The notes under the pieces: generated by a model
Told to the model about the DNA's origin: nothing
The model's database searches: none
Seen by the model: only the letters and a program-made list of their open reading frames with translations
Assembly: GCA_964644695.1 (NCBI GenBank)
Contig: CAZXWN010000001.1
Span: 492,869 to 556,868, forward strand
Reading direction: 5' to 3'
Length of the DNA stretch: 64,000 nucleotides
From: an uncultured bacterium
Lineage (GTDB): Bacteria > UBP4 > UBA4092
In this document: positions 31,334-41,261 of the stretch, one piece after another
Numbering within the stretch: position 1 is the stretch's first letter
How the letters are laid out: the number at the start of each line of letters is the position of its first letter
Program-made: the position numbers and the translations under genes

Positions 31334-32647
31334 ATGATTATTGATAAAGGCACATCCTATCAGATTCTTGATATCCCAAAAGAATCAAATGATGACGAAA
31401 TCAAGGCGGCTTATATTCGCCTTGTAAAAAAACATCCTCCAGAATACGACCCTGATAATTTCATTAAAATCAGAAAAGCATATGAGTCTCTTAAAGATCC
31501 AGAAAAAAGGGCAAAAGAAGACCTTTTTACTTTAAATTTCGATCATGATAATTTTAAGCTTCCAAATGTAACTGGAGTAGATATTGGAGAACTAAACACT
31601 CAGATCAATGATATTGAGACTCAGTTATTAGATTCAGATAAAGATCCCTTTTTAATTGATCAATTTGTTGAGATCTTAAATAAACGTGCTGCGTTATATG
31701 TGACGAAAAAACAAATGACCGAGGCCATATCTGATTGGAAGAAAATTTTAGAATTAGTTGATGATTATCCGGATGCTAAACACAATCTTTATTTTTCCAA
31801 TTTCGCTTTAGCTTATGGTTTAGCCATTCATGAAAGATATGAAGACTCAATTTACTATTGGGAAGAAGCTTTAAAATACAACTCAACCAGTAGTATAGTA
31901 ATCCATAATTTAGCAATTACTGCTGATAAAGCGGGAAAAAAAGATCTCAGTGAACAATATTGGAAAAAAACACTGACTATTTGGGAAAATCAATTTAATG
32001 AAAATAAAAACGATATTTACATAAAAACATGCATTCTAGAGTTACATCAAGCATTTGGCGGAAATATTGTAGCCACAAAATTGGGTCCAGGCGCTCAAAT
32101 TTCAGCAAAAGAACAGATTAGTCCTGATAAAGCCATCCATGAATTTAGGGAAGCACTAAAGATTGATCCTAATAATACCCAGGCGCAGAAGAAAATAATA
32201 TCCAGCTATATGCAAGCGGGGCGATGGCAAGAAGCTATACAGGAAATTGTGAATAGACTCAAAGGAAATCGAGATGACAAAGAACTACTCAACCTTTTGG
32301 GTCAAGTTTATTTAAATTCTGGAAAAGTAGATGAAGCTTTTGCTGTCTGGAATAGAGTGCTTTCTCTGGACCCAAAAGATCAAATTGCCAAACAAAATAT
32401 AATTGATGGCCATACACTTGTAGGAAAAAAACTCAGAGAAAGAGGCCTTCATAACGCGTCTTTAGTCCATTTTAAGAGCTTGTTAAAATATCGTCCCGAT
32501 GACCCAGAAATCCATATGGAAATAGGTAACACATACGCATTAAAAGGTGATTCTCGATCTGCAATGGCATCTTGGCAGACTGTTTTACAAATTGATCCAA
32601 AACATAAAGAAGCAAAACGACGACTGACAGAAACTAGATTTAAGTAG
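31334..32647 (+). CDS. J-like domain (HPP instead of HPD) + TPR repeat protein
   Basis: YQILDI......EIKAAY..L.KKHPPE.....F..I.KAYE.LKD..KR; multiple TPR repeats; no TM. Confidence 0.82.
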   Translation: MIIDKGTSYQILDIPKESNDDEIKAAYIRLVKKHPPEYDPDNFIKIRKAYESLKDPEKRAKEDLFTLNFDHDNFKLPNVTGVDIGELNTQINDIETQLLDSDKDPFLIDQFVEILNKRAALYVTKKQMTEAISDWKKILELVDDYPDAKHNLYFSNFALAYGLAIHERYEDSIYYWEEALKYNSTSSIVIHNLAITADKAGKKDLSEQYWKKTLTIWENQFNENKNDIYIKTCILELHQAFGGNIVATKLGPGAQISAKEQISPDKAIHEFREALKIDPNNTQAQKKIISSYMQAGRWQEAIQEIVNRLKGNRDDKELLNLLGQVYLNSGKVDEAFAVWNRVLSLDPKDQIAKQNIIDGHTLVGKKLRERGLHNASLVHFKSLLKYRPDDPEIHMEIGNTYALKGDSRSAMASWQTVLQIDPKHKEAKRRLTETRFK

Positions 32648-32649
32648 TT

Positions 32650-33177
32650 ATGAAGATTTATTTTACAAATAAATTCACAGAAAATAATTTTCCTTTTGAT
32701 AAAGATTTATATATTCCATTATTATCAAAAAAAGATGTTGATTTATATTCATGTTTAATTCCTTATATTAAACAGCATTCAAAACCAAAAGAAGCACAAA
32801 CAGTATACCGAGTCCAGCACCAAAAAGCAGATCAAACTGAAGAGCTGGTAACTTCACTATTACCACTCTTGGACAGTTTTGAGATGCTCTTAAAGTTTGC
32901 ATCTTCATATGAGGGAAATGAAGTTCTTAGCAACTGGATGTCCAGTATGGAAGGTATTTACAAAAGACTTAAAAAAGTTTTATTAAAGCAAGGACTCCAG
33001 CCCGTTGAGGCACTGGGTGTCCCGGTGGACTTTGCAGTTCATGAGGTTGTAGAATATCGTTATGTCCCAGATGGAATTCCTAATATAGTCATTGAAGAGC
33101 AATTAAAAGGTTACACATATAAAGGTAAATTAATCAGAGAATCGCGCGTTGTAGTTTCTAACGCTGATGGAGGATAA
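32650..33177 (+). CDS. GrpE-like nucleotide exchange factor (divergent)
   Basis: LLPLLDSFE, G..VD..VHEVV, KGYTYKGKLIR..RVVVS. Confidence 0.85.
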   Translation: MKIYFTNKFTENNFPFDKDLYIPLLSKKDVDLYSCLIPYIKQHSKPKEAQTVYRVQHQKADQTEELVTSLLPLLDSFEMLLKFASSYEGNEVLSNWMSSMEGIYKRLKKVLLKQGLQPVEALGVPVDFAVHEVVEYRYVPDGIPNIVIEEQLKGYTYKGKLIRESRVVVSNADGG

Positions 33178-33186
33178 TAACTAACT

Positions 33187-34932
33187 ATGGGTAAAATAAT
33201 AGGTATTGACTTAGGTACATCAACATCTTTGATGGCCTTTATGGAAAAAGATAAACCTGTAATTATCCCTAATAACTTAGGAGATCGAATAACTCCGTCT
33301 GTTATCTGTTTTCCCAAAACAGGGGAAATATTAGTAGGGAAAAAAGCAAGAAAAGCTGCAGTAATGAACGTCGAAAGGACCATTTTCTCAATTAAAAGAC
33401 AAATGGGTTCTGATTTCCGGTTTTCCGTTGACGGAAAACCGTATACACCTCAGGAATTATCAGCAATCATTCTCCAAAAATTAAAACATGATGCTGAAGA
33501 GTTCTTTGGGGAAACTGTAGACCAGGCAGTCATTACTGTACCAGCTTATTTTACAGATCGACAAAGACAAGCCACAAAGGATGCAGGTGAAATTGCAGGA
33601 TTTAAAGTACGTCGTATTATTGATGAACCTACTGCTGCGGCACTTGCTTATGGATTAGACAAAAATGAAGACCAAACATTATTGGTTTTCGACTTAGGTG
33701 GAGGAACCTTCGATGTATCGATTATTGAGGTTATGTCAGGGGTCTTTCAGGTCTTAGCAATTAAAGGTGATAATCATTTAGGTGGCGATGATTTTGATCA
33801 ACGAATAGTATCTTTCCTTCTTGAAGAATTTAAAAAGAAAGAAGGTATTGACTTATCGAATGACAAGAATGCCATGTTCAGACTCAAGGAAGCTGCTGAA
33901 GAAGCAAAAATAGAGTTATCTGAAGTACTCGAAACAGAAGTTATTCTTGATGCAATTGCAATGACAGCCAAAGGTCCATTAACTTTGTCTGTTAGTATTA
34001 CGAGAGCAAAATTTGAACAGTTGACACAAGACTTAGTTGAAAGAACATCCGACCCTACAAAATCTGCAGTTCAAGATGCAGGGCTACAGATGAAAGATAT
34101 TGATCGCGTGTTATTGGTGGGAGGATCAACCCGGATTCCAGCAGTTCAACGCATAGTTAAAGAAATAACAGGAAAAGATCCTAGTAAAGATATTCATCCG
34201 GAAGAGGTTGTTGCATTAGGTGCTGCTGTACAGTCAATAGTATTATCACCTCTTGAAGGAGAGATGGAAGGAACCTATGCTACTCGGTATGGAAAAGATG
34301 CACCGGTTGTTGTACACGTAACACCCTTTTCACTGGGTGTTGGATTAGTTAATGATCAATTTGGTGTTTTAATAGAGAGAAACTCAACATATCCAACTGA
34401 AGCAAAAGATGTCTTTACAACTACACGCGACTTTCAGGAAGCAATATCATTTCCCCTTTATGAAGGTGAAAGTCAAATAGCATCAGAAAATACCTTTCTT
34501 GATATGCTGAGAATTGAGGGAATTACTCCAGCACCGCGTGGAGTGCCTAGAATTGAAGTAACTTTTAAAATAAACCCTGATCGTATTCTTGAAGTGTCTG
34601 CTACGGACTTAGCTACAGGAAAAGAAAAACGAATCACAGTTAAGGCTACAGACAGTCGTTTATCAGACATGGATAAACAGAGAATGATACAAGAAGCGCG
34701 CTCCAGAATATCCAAAATGTTAAAACAAAAGGTTAAGGACAATGTTTTGAATGACGCCGATGAACTTATAGCAAAAGCTAGAAGCTCAATCCAAAACAAT
34801 GATGATTTCCTTGCAGAAGACGTCGAAGCAGCAATAAAAAATCTTGAAGTAGCCTTAAGCTCAAGAGATGAAGCTAAAATTGAATTAAAAATGAATGAAC
34901 TCAATGATTCAATGGCAAAGTTGAAAAAATAA
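33187..34932 (+). CDS. Hsp70/DnaK-family chaperone, specialised paralog
   Basis: GIDLGT, TPSV, SIKR, ITVPAYF, EPTAAALAYG, DLGGGTFD, LVGGSTRIP, PAPRG.P.IEVTF; divergent linker, substrate domain and short lid. Confidence 0.93.
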   Translation: MGKIIGIDLGTSTSLMAFMEKDKPVIIPNNLGDRITPSVICFPKTGEILVGKKARKAAVMNVERTIFSIKRQMGSDFRFSVDGKPYTPQELSAIILQKLKHDAEEFFGETVDQAVITVPAYFTDRQRQATKDAGEIAGFKVRRIIDEPTAAALAYGLDKNEDQTLLVFDLGGGTFDVSIIEVMSGVFQVLAIKGDNHLGGDDFDQRIVSFLLEEFKKKEGIDLSNDKNAMFRLKEAAEEAKIELSEVLETEVILDAIAMTAKGPLTLSVSITRAKFEQLTQDLVERTSDPTKSAVQDAGLQMKDIDRVLLVGGSTRIPAVQRIVKEITGKDPSKDIHPEEVVALGAAVQSIVLSPLEGEMEGTYATRYGKDAPVVVHVTPFSLGVGLVNDQFGVLIERNSTYPTEAKDVFTTTRDFQEAISFPLYEGESQIASENTFLDMLRIEGITPAPRGVPRIEVTFKINPDRILEVSATDLATGKEKRITVKATDSRLSDMDKQRMIQEARSRISKMLKQKVKDNVLNDADELIAKARSSIQNNDDFLAEDVEAAIKNLEVALSSRDEAKIELKMNELNDSMAKLKK

Positions 34933-34944
34933 TTTTAAATATAA

Positions 34945-34990
34945 ATTCAAACAAATGGGGAAATGAATTCATTTCCCCATTTGTTTGAAT
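34945..34990. repeat. Perfect 46-bp palindrome (possible terminator or mRNA hairpin)
   Basis: ATTCAAACAAATGGGGAAATGAA|TTCATTTCCCCATTTGTTTGAAT. Confidence 0.9.
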
Positions 34991-35015
34991 AAAAACAATA
35001 ATGAGGTTGTATTAA

Positions 35016-36275
35016 GTGAAATGTCCAGTATGTAACACAGAAAATCGAGATGATAAAGTACAGTGCTATCAATGTAGTGCTGACATCTCCCTTTTAAAGA
35101 CCATTGTTAGTAAAGCTCATGAACATTATAATCGTGGTCTTGAACATGCTGAGCGGGGAAGAACTGAAGAAGCAATAATTGAGTTAAGTATTGCCATATC
35201 AATTTATAATGATTTTCCGCAAGCACATAATGTTTTAGGTACATTATATGCAAAGTCTGGTAATATGGAAAAGGCAATGAGCCACTGGCAAGCAACACTA
35301 AACTTGGACCCACCAGTAAAAAAAGCTGCGGAATATTTTTACAAAGTAAAAAATCAAATCGACGAACCATTCTACCAGAAACGATTTCGCTTTACATTAC
35401 AGATGTTGGTCAGTGTAACACTAGTGTTGATAATAATTATCTTCTTTCATTTCATGGTAAGAATGCAAGACCATAAGCTTAAATTAGCAGGATATTTAAT
35501 AAATACACATAAATATAAACAAGCAGGTTTAATTTTAAATAATGTAGCAACTAATCCTTGGTCTTTTTCGCATCAAATCAGTGCTTATCCTCTACGAAGG
35601 ACTCTGCAAAATGCTATTAGTGATAGATATTTAACATGCAATTCTTATTTTATGATTTGTCAATATGAAAAAGGATTACAAGAAACAATAAGAACTCGTA
35701 CGATTGGGCTTCCCGTAGAAGCAGATCATAAATTTGGAATTTTACAAAGAGAATTAACAGACGCTCTTATTGATCAAAAAACAAAAGTCAGTCTGGATTA
35801 TTTTTCCAAAACCCGTGATTATGAAGGCGCAACAAAATATTTAAAAAATGTATCACTTTATCCATTGAACAAAGATGAGCAATTAACGCTAACCAACAAA
35901 ATCAGTCAACTTGATAACTTTTATGCTACTTTTTTGATAGAAACCGTAAGGATATCTTTAAAAAATAACCAGACAAACACATTGCCTTTCATTTTCCAAA
36001 AACTAAATTCATTAAAATTGAATCAAGATTTAAAAATAATACTTAATGACTTAAAAACTGATTACGTTTTCCTAGACACCCAGAATAAGTTTTCTTTGCT
36101 TAAAGAATATGCTGCCCAAAATGATTGGAACAATATTGAGCGTTTAAAAACAACTATCGATAAATCATTATTAAATCCACAACAAAGGGATTGGTTAAAT
36201 AGCCTCAATCGAGAATTAAAACCACAATCTCATCCCAATAATAAATCAGTCATAAAACCAAAAAGAAAACATTAG
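35016..36275 (+). CDS. Zinc-ribbon + TPR + single-TM membrane protein
   Basis: CPVC...CYQC, two TPRs (HYNRGL, AHNVLGTLY), one hydrophobic helix, helical C-terminal region; GAGG before GTG. Confidence 0.8.
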   Translation: MKCPVCNTENRDDKVQCYQCSADISLLKTIVSKAHEHYNRGLEHAERGRTEEAIIELSIAISIYNDFPQAHNVLGTLYAKSGNMEKAMSHWQATLNLDPPVKKAAEYFYKVKNQIDEPFYQKRFRFTLQMLVSVTLVLIIIIFFHFMVRMQDHKLKLAGYLINTHKYKQAGLILNNVATNPWSFSHQISAYPLRRTLQNAISDRYLTCNSYFMICQYEKGLQETIRTRTIGLPVEADHKFGILQRELTDALIDQKTKVSLDYFSKTRDYEGATKYLKNVSLYPLNKDEQLTLTNKISQLDNFYATFLIETVRISLKNNQTNTLPFIFQKLNSLKLNQDLKIILNDLKTDYVFLDTQNKFSLLKEYAAQNDWNNIERLKTTIDKSLLNPQQRDWLNSLNRELKPQSHPNNKSVIKPKRKH

Positions 36276-36277
36276 AT

Positions 36278-37882
36278 CTATTGTTGGTCATTTAGTTTAT
36301 ATAGATAGTTTAACCATTCATACTGTTTGTCGTCAGGCAAGAGAAATCCTTTTAATTGTATTTCGCTTGTTGGGTAACAGCTAAAAATTTCTGGATCATA
36401 GTAACTGAAGTATATTGGTCTTTTCCCAATGTTTGGGTTTAAATTGTCAGAAATAAATGACTTATAGTAATCTTCCTTATATTGGAAAACCGTTGGGTAT
36501 ATTTTAAATATTAAATTACTTTCTCTTACCAGAAATTTTTCATACCAAGGTGATGATAGGAAATTAGTTCCAACAACAGTAATGTCAGGTCGTATGTGTA
36601 AAACATATTGAGCATACCACATTGGTAAAATATCATAATCTCCAGCAGTATAAATTATCCCATTCGGCTCAATATAATTCAGCACAGTATGGGCATATTC
36701 TTTAGCAGCCAACCTTACATGTTTACTTTTTTTATCATGAAATAAGTGAGAATAATTTCCTAAAAAAGGAATCACCATAAAAGTACATATAAGGAGGTAG
36801 TGTATATGCCTACTTACATTAATTTTTTCAACAACATTAGAAAGCCCTATTACAATCAAGATGGAGAATACCATATAAACAGGAACATAATATTCATTAA
36901 TATCAGATATTTTGTAGTTGAGAATCACGACTAAACTGGTCATCAAAAAAACAGAAAGAGGAACAAGTTTTAAATACCGATTTCTAAAAACAGCAAAAAA
37001 GCTAATAGCTGTAAGTGGAAAGAAGAGTAATATGAAAAAATACCTTTGTCTCATACCATACTGAGATATCCCAGTCATAATCAGTTCGAATAATGAATAG
37101 CCAAAATTACTGTGATTTGGATTAAAAGAATCTGAAAACATTTTCCACTTGTATTGTCGCCCAGTAATTGTATCCAGAAATTGCCCCCAATTTGATGGAT
37201 CTCCCCAATTAATCAAAGGTTCACATGATGATCTTATGGGTAAATATAGAACGCTTCCCCAGCCAAGAAACAGCAAAGAAATACCTGCCATAAAAAGAGC
37301 TAAATCAAGTTCTTTTCGATTCATAATCAAAATCAAAACAATACTGGGAATAACGACTATAGTTAGAAGATGATGAGAAAATCCCATCCCCACGAGCAAA
37401 AACCCAAGAAGGAATAAATATCTATTTTTATTAACGTTCCACTCTTCAAAAAAATACAAGATGGCCAAAATAAAGAACCACTGTAATGTATAAACTTCCG
37501 TTAACGTAGATTGTCCCCAAAATGTTTCAGTAAATCCAAATAAAACACAGGACATAATTGAATAAAAGACTCGTAAGACATTATCTTTTACAAAGCCTAG
37601 ATAATGTCTTGAGAGCAAAAGATAAAACATAACAATAGCCCCTGTACCAGCCAAAGCAGAAAATAGATTCAGAGACCAAGCAGCCTTTTCCGGGATGAAT
37701 AATCTAGTTACTAAATGGGTTATTAAAGTATATAAAGGGTAACCGGTTGGGTGAGCAATACCCAAAGTATATGCGGATGTTACAAATTCAGGGCTGTCTC
37801 CAAAATAAATGTCAGGATATAGTGAAATCAAATAAACCAATAGGACAATAAAACCCAACCCAATAAGAACTACCTTTTTCAT
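36278..37882 (-). CDS. DUF2723 family GT-C membrane glycosyltransferase-like protein
   Basis: GDSPEF......LGIAHPTGYPLY, FW.QS..TEVY, YLPIRS..EP.INWG.P; many TMs. Confidence 0.85.
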   Translation of the reverse strand: MKKVVLIGLGFIVLLVYLISLYPDIYFGDSPEFVTSAYTLGIAHPTGYPLYTLITHLVTRLFIPEKAAWSLNLFSALAGTGAIVMFYLLLSRHYLGFVKDNVLRVFYSIMSCVLFGFTETFWGQSTLTEVYTLQWFFILAILYFFEEWNVNKNRYLFLLGFLLVGMGFSHHLLTIVVIPSIVLILIMNRKELDLALFMAGISLLFLGWGSVLYLPIRSSCEPLINWGDPSNWGQFLDTITGRQYKWKMFSDSFNPNHSNFGYSLFELIMTGISQYGMRQRYFFILLFFPLTAISFFAVFRNRYLKLVPLSVFLMTSLVVILNYKISDINEYYVPVYMVFSILIVIGLSNVVEKINVSRHIHYLLICTFMVIPFLGNYSHLFHDKKSKHVRLAAKEYAHTVLNYIEPNGIIYTAGDYDILPMWYAQYVLHIRPDITVVGTNFLSSPWYEKFLVRESNLIFKIYPTVFQYKEDYYKSFISDNLNPNIGKRPIYFSYYDPEIFSCYPTSEIQLKGFLLPDDKQYEWLNYLYKLNDQQ

Positions 37883-38877
37883 TATTTATAAATATCCTGA
37901 CAATTAAGAATCCATGAAGCCAGGTCTTTAGCCCAATAGGTAATAATCATATCTGCACCGGCTCTTTTGATTGCAGTGTGAGTTTCAATAACCATCTTCC
38001 TTTCATTAATCCACCCCATCTGAGCAGCCGCTTTAATCATTGAATACTCTCCACTAACACTATAAGCAGCAATGGGCAAAGTATATTTATTTTGGGCAGC
38101 AAATATAATATCCAGGCAAGACAATGCAGGTTTCACCATAATAATGTCTGCACCTTCTTCTATATCAAGTTCAATTTCCTTCAAGGCTTCTTTGGAATTA
38201 CGAATATCCATCTGATATGAATTACGATTACCAAATTGAGGTGCAGAACCGGCAGCATCTCTAAAGGGTCCATAAAATGCGGATGCATATTTTGCTGAAT
38301 ATGACATGATGGGAATATTAATATACCCATTAGAATCCAAGACATTACGAATCTTTAACACTCTTCCATCCATCATATCCGAAGGAGCTACAACGTCCAC
38401 TCCGGCACGGGCACAAGCAAGTGCTTGACGAGCCAATAAATCCAGAGACGGGTCATTAACTACTTCATCACCTTGAATACATCCACAATGTCCATGACTC
38501 GTATATTCACATAAACAAATATCTGCTATAACCAAAAGATCCTGGGGGCCATGTGTTTTTAAATACTTTATAGTTTTAGGAACGATACTGTCAGCACTAA
38601 ATGAACTACTCCCAGTTTCATCTTTATCATTAGTAACTCCAAATAGAATTACGGCTTTAATACCTAATTTATATGCCTCAATTACTTCTTCTAATAATGT
38701 ATCAATAGAAAATTGAAAAATATTGGGCATTGAAGGAATAGGATTTTTTTTTCCCTGCCCTTCAATAACAAAAAGCGGATAGATCAAATCGGAAGCTGTT
38801 ATGTTTGTTTCGGCTACCAGATTCCGTATTGACTGATTCTGTCTTAATCTACGAGGTCTTGAAATTGGGTAATTCAT
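37882..38877 (-). CDS. hemB: Porphobilinogen synthase (ALA dehydratase)
   Basis: RPRRLR, DICLCEYT.HGHCG, APSDMMDGR, SYSAKYAS.FYGPFRDA, MVKP, YSVSGEY. Confidence 0.98.
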   Translation of the reverse strand: MNYPISRPRRLRQNQSIRNLVAETNITASDLIYPLFVIEGQGKKNPIPSMPNIFQFSIDTLLEEVIEAYKLGIKAVILFGVTNDKDETGSSSFSADSIVPKTIKYLKTHGPQDLLVIADICLCEYTSHGHCGCIQGDEVVNDPSLDLLARQALACARAGVDVVAPSDMMDGRVLKIRNVLDSNGYINIPIMSYSAKYASAFYGPFRDAAGSAPQFGNRNSYQMDIRNSKEALKEIELDIEEGADIIMVKPALSCLDIIFAAQNKYTLPIAAYSVSGEYSMIKAAAQMGWINERKMVIETHTAIKRAGADMIITYWAKDLASWILNCQDIYK

Positions 38878-38882
38878 AAATT

Positions 38883-39302
38883 TCACCTTTTATCAATGAT
38901 GAGATAAATCCAGTTCATAATGAAAAATAATACAAGAGAGACTCTAATACTTGTTCTCTGGAGAAAGTCCCATTTCACAGGAGAAAACCAACCTAATCCA
39001 GTTGTTATTAAATATAAGATATAAAAAATAAAACCTACTAAAAACAAAAAAATAAATGGGTTCATGGCGAAAGCATTGATTAGATCAAAGTGCCATAAAC
39101 AATTCAGCGACCTGGTCATGCCGCAGGATGGACAAGGAATACCGGTAATTTCCTTAAAACGACAAACAAAAATTATTTTTCTTGTAAGTGGAATAAATTC
39201 AAGTAACCGCTCACATATTACCATCAGTATTCCCGATATTAATAGGAATAGACCCAGAATTAAATTATTCTTTTTCTCTTCTTTATTTTCTAAGTAATTC
39301 AT
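38883..39302 (-). CDS. DUF2752 family membrane protein
   Basis: C.FK.ITGIPCPSCGMTRS, A...NP. Confidence 0.85.
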   Translation of the reverse strand: MNYLENKEEKKNNLILGLFLLISGILMVICERLLEFIPLTRKIIFVCRFKEITGIPCPSCGMTRSLNCLWHFDLINAFAMNPFIFLFLVGFIFYILYLITTGLGWFSPVKWDFLQRTSIRVSLVLFFIMNWIYLIIDKR

Positions 39303-40077
39303 ACCACTTTAGTAATCCCGTCGACATAAACTTATCTGCGGCTAAACAACTGGCTGTTAAAAGAATTGTAAAAATGACACACGCACAACAACAAAATAAA
39401 AATATGGGCAAAATTACTGCAGCAATAGACTTTTGGTAACTGGTTTCATGAGCTTCTTTTAAGCCAATTATTTCTGTAACAAGACCCCATATGACAGAAA
39501 CAAATGCCCCTAAAATCGGAACCACACAGAATATTTGTACTGACTGTGTATAACAAAATACTTTAATGGTTGTTGCAATACTGTATTTATTTCCTTTCAA
39601 CAAAAAAAGCATAAAGTGTGTAATAGAAACAGCTATTAATAAACCCATAAACGTAACCATGGGCATAATTGTAATATTGATCAAAAACTGAAATAAAAGA
39701 GTTGATCCATCAAAGGATTCTTTTGATTTTAAAAATATAGGAACTGACATAGTAATCAAATTAACTAAAAAGGAAATGATCTGGCCAATTAATGCTCCCA
39801 AATATGAAAACAGTACACCGTAACCAATCGCTTTTACTAAATTAGTTTCTTTAGGCATATTTCTAAAATAATAAGTAGGATTTGTTAAGACCATGGTTAC
39901 AGTCTTTTTAATAATCGAAAAATAATCCCCCTTAAAAGCACTCTCCCAGGTTCCTTCAAGGGGCTCTTCTTTAATGTTATTAGCTAAGTTATCTGTTGCA
40001 GAAATAGGTTCTCCACACAAAGGACAATAACTATTTGCAGTACTAATTTCATTGTGACCACATTTTGGACAAATCAT
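39283..40077 (-). CDS. Zinc-ribbon + Yip1-domain membrane protein
   Basis: CPKC...CPLCG, VL.NP..YF, about five TMs, GLKEAH. Confidence 0.78.
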   Translation of the reverse strand: MICPKCGHNEISTANSYCPLCGEPISATDNLANNIKEEPLEGTWESAFKGDYFSIIKKTVTMVLTNPTYYFRNMPKETNLVKAIGYGVLFSYLGALIGQIISFLVNLITMSVPIFLKSKESFDGSTLLFQFLINITIMPMVTFMGLLIAVSITHFMLFLLKGNKYSIATTIKVFCYTQSVQIFCVVPILGAFVSVIWGLVTEIIGLKEAHETSYQKSIAAVILPIFLFCCCACVIFTILLTASCLAADKFMSTGLLKWYELLRK

Positions 40078-40205
40078 ATTGGTACCCCATAAAGAATCAT
40101 TTAGTAATACTCATTGTATTGAAATAATGATTTTGAAACAAATTAATATTTGCAAATAATTGTTATGTTAATATGAGTTCATATATTACTAGTAAATTGA
40201 GGGCT

Positions 40206-41261
40206 ATGAACATGGAAATCACAGAATTATTACATGATGTAATAGAACGCGGCGCTTCTGACCTACATATTGCTGTTGGGAAACCTCCCATTTTACGTAT
40301 TCACAATTCGATTATATCAGCTGAGTACCCCATTTTAATGCCTGATGATACACAAAGGCTTATTTACAGTATTTTAAATGATGAGCAAAAATTGAAATTT
40401 GAAATGGATAAAGAACTGGACTTTTCGTTAAGTCTTCATGATTTTGGAAGATTCCGTGTCAATGTCCATTATCAAAGAGGTACAGTGGGTGCTGCCTTAC
40501 GTTGTATACCTATGAGAATTCCATCACTCAATGAACTTCATCTGCCTGAAGTCATTGAAACAATGGTCCAAAAGAAAAGTGGGTTGGTGTTGGTAACAGG
40601 TCCGACGGGTTCAGGGAAGTCAACCACATTGGCGGCCTTAATTGATATGATCAACACAAATCGTTCCTGCCACATTATCACAGTAGAAGACCCTATCGAA
40701 TATCTTCATAAACACAAAATGAGTTTAATTGAACAACGTGAAGTGGGGTCCGATACACACTCTTTTGCAACCGCATTAAAGTATGTGTTACGTCAGGATC
40801 CTGATGTTATTCTCATCGGCGAAATGCGAGACCTGGAGACAATTTCTGCAGCCTTGACCGCAGCAGAAACAGGCCATTTAGTGTTTGCCACTCTTCACAC
40901 TGCGGATGCTGCTCAAACTGTAGACAGAATTGTTGACGTCTTCCCATCCCACCAGCAGACCCAAATTAGATTACAGTTAGCTCAAGTTGTTTTGGGAGTA
41001 TTCTGTCAAAGACTTCTTCCCCGTGTTGATGGAGGAGGAATGGTTCCTGCTGTTGAAGTAATGATAGCGACTCCAGCCATATCCTCATTAATTCGTGAAA
41101 ACAAAACACATCAAATTCTATCCACAATAGAAACAAGTCTTCAGACGGGTATGCAGACTATGGACAGGTCTCTTGCCATGTTAATGAGAAAACAATTGAT
41201 CAGTAGAAAAGAAGCAGAAACCTACGCACGGAAACCTCAAGATCTTGAAAGGTATACCTAA
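40206..41261 (+). CDS. pilT: Type IV pilus retraction ATPase
   Basis: ASDLHI, GPTGSGKSTT, EDPIE, LRQDPDVILIGEMRD, AETGHLVFATLHT, GMQTMD; start 40206 or 40212. Confidence 0.92.
   Translation: MNMEITELLHDVIERGASDLHIAVGKPPILRIHNSIISAEYPILMPDDTQRLIYSILNDEQKLKFEMDKELDFSLSLHDFGRFRVNVHYQRGTVGAALRCIPMRIPSLNELHLPEVIETMVQKKSGLVLVTGPTGSGKSTTLAALIDMINTNRSCHIITVEDPIEYLHKHKMSLIEQREVGSDTHSFATALKYVLRQDPDVILIGEMRDLETISAALTAAETGHLVFATLHTADAAQTVDRIVDVFPSHQQTQIRLQLAQVVLGVFCQRLLPRVDGGGMVPAVEVMIATPAISSLIRENKTHQILSTIETSLQTGMQTMDRSLAMLMRKQLISRKEAETYARKPQDLERYT

Noticed and set aside
40206-41261. Solitary pilT as evidence of a novel pilus system
   Set aside because: Stand-alone pilT paralogs are common and no other pil genes are in the window
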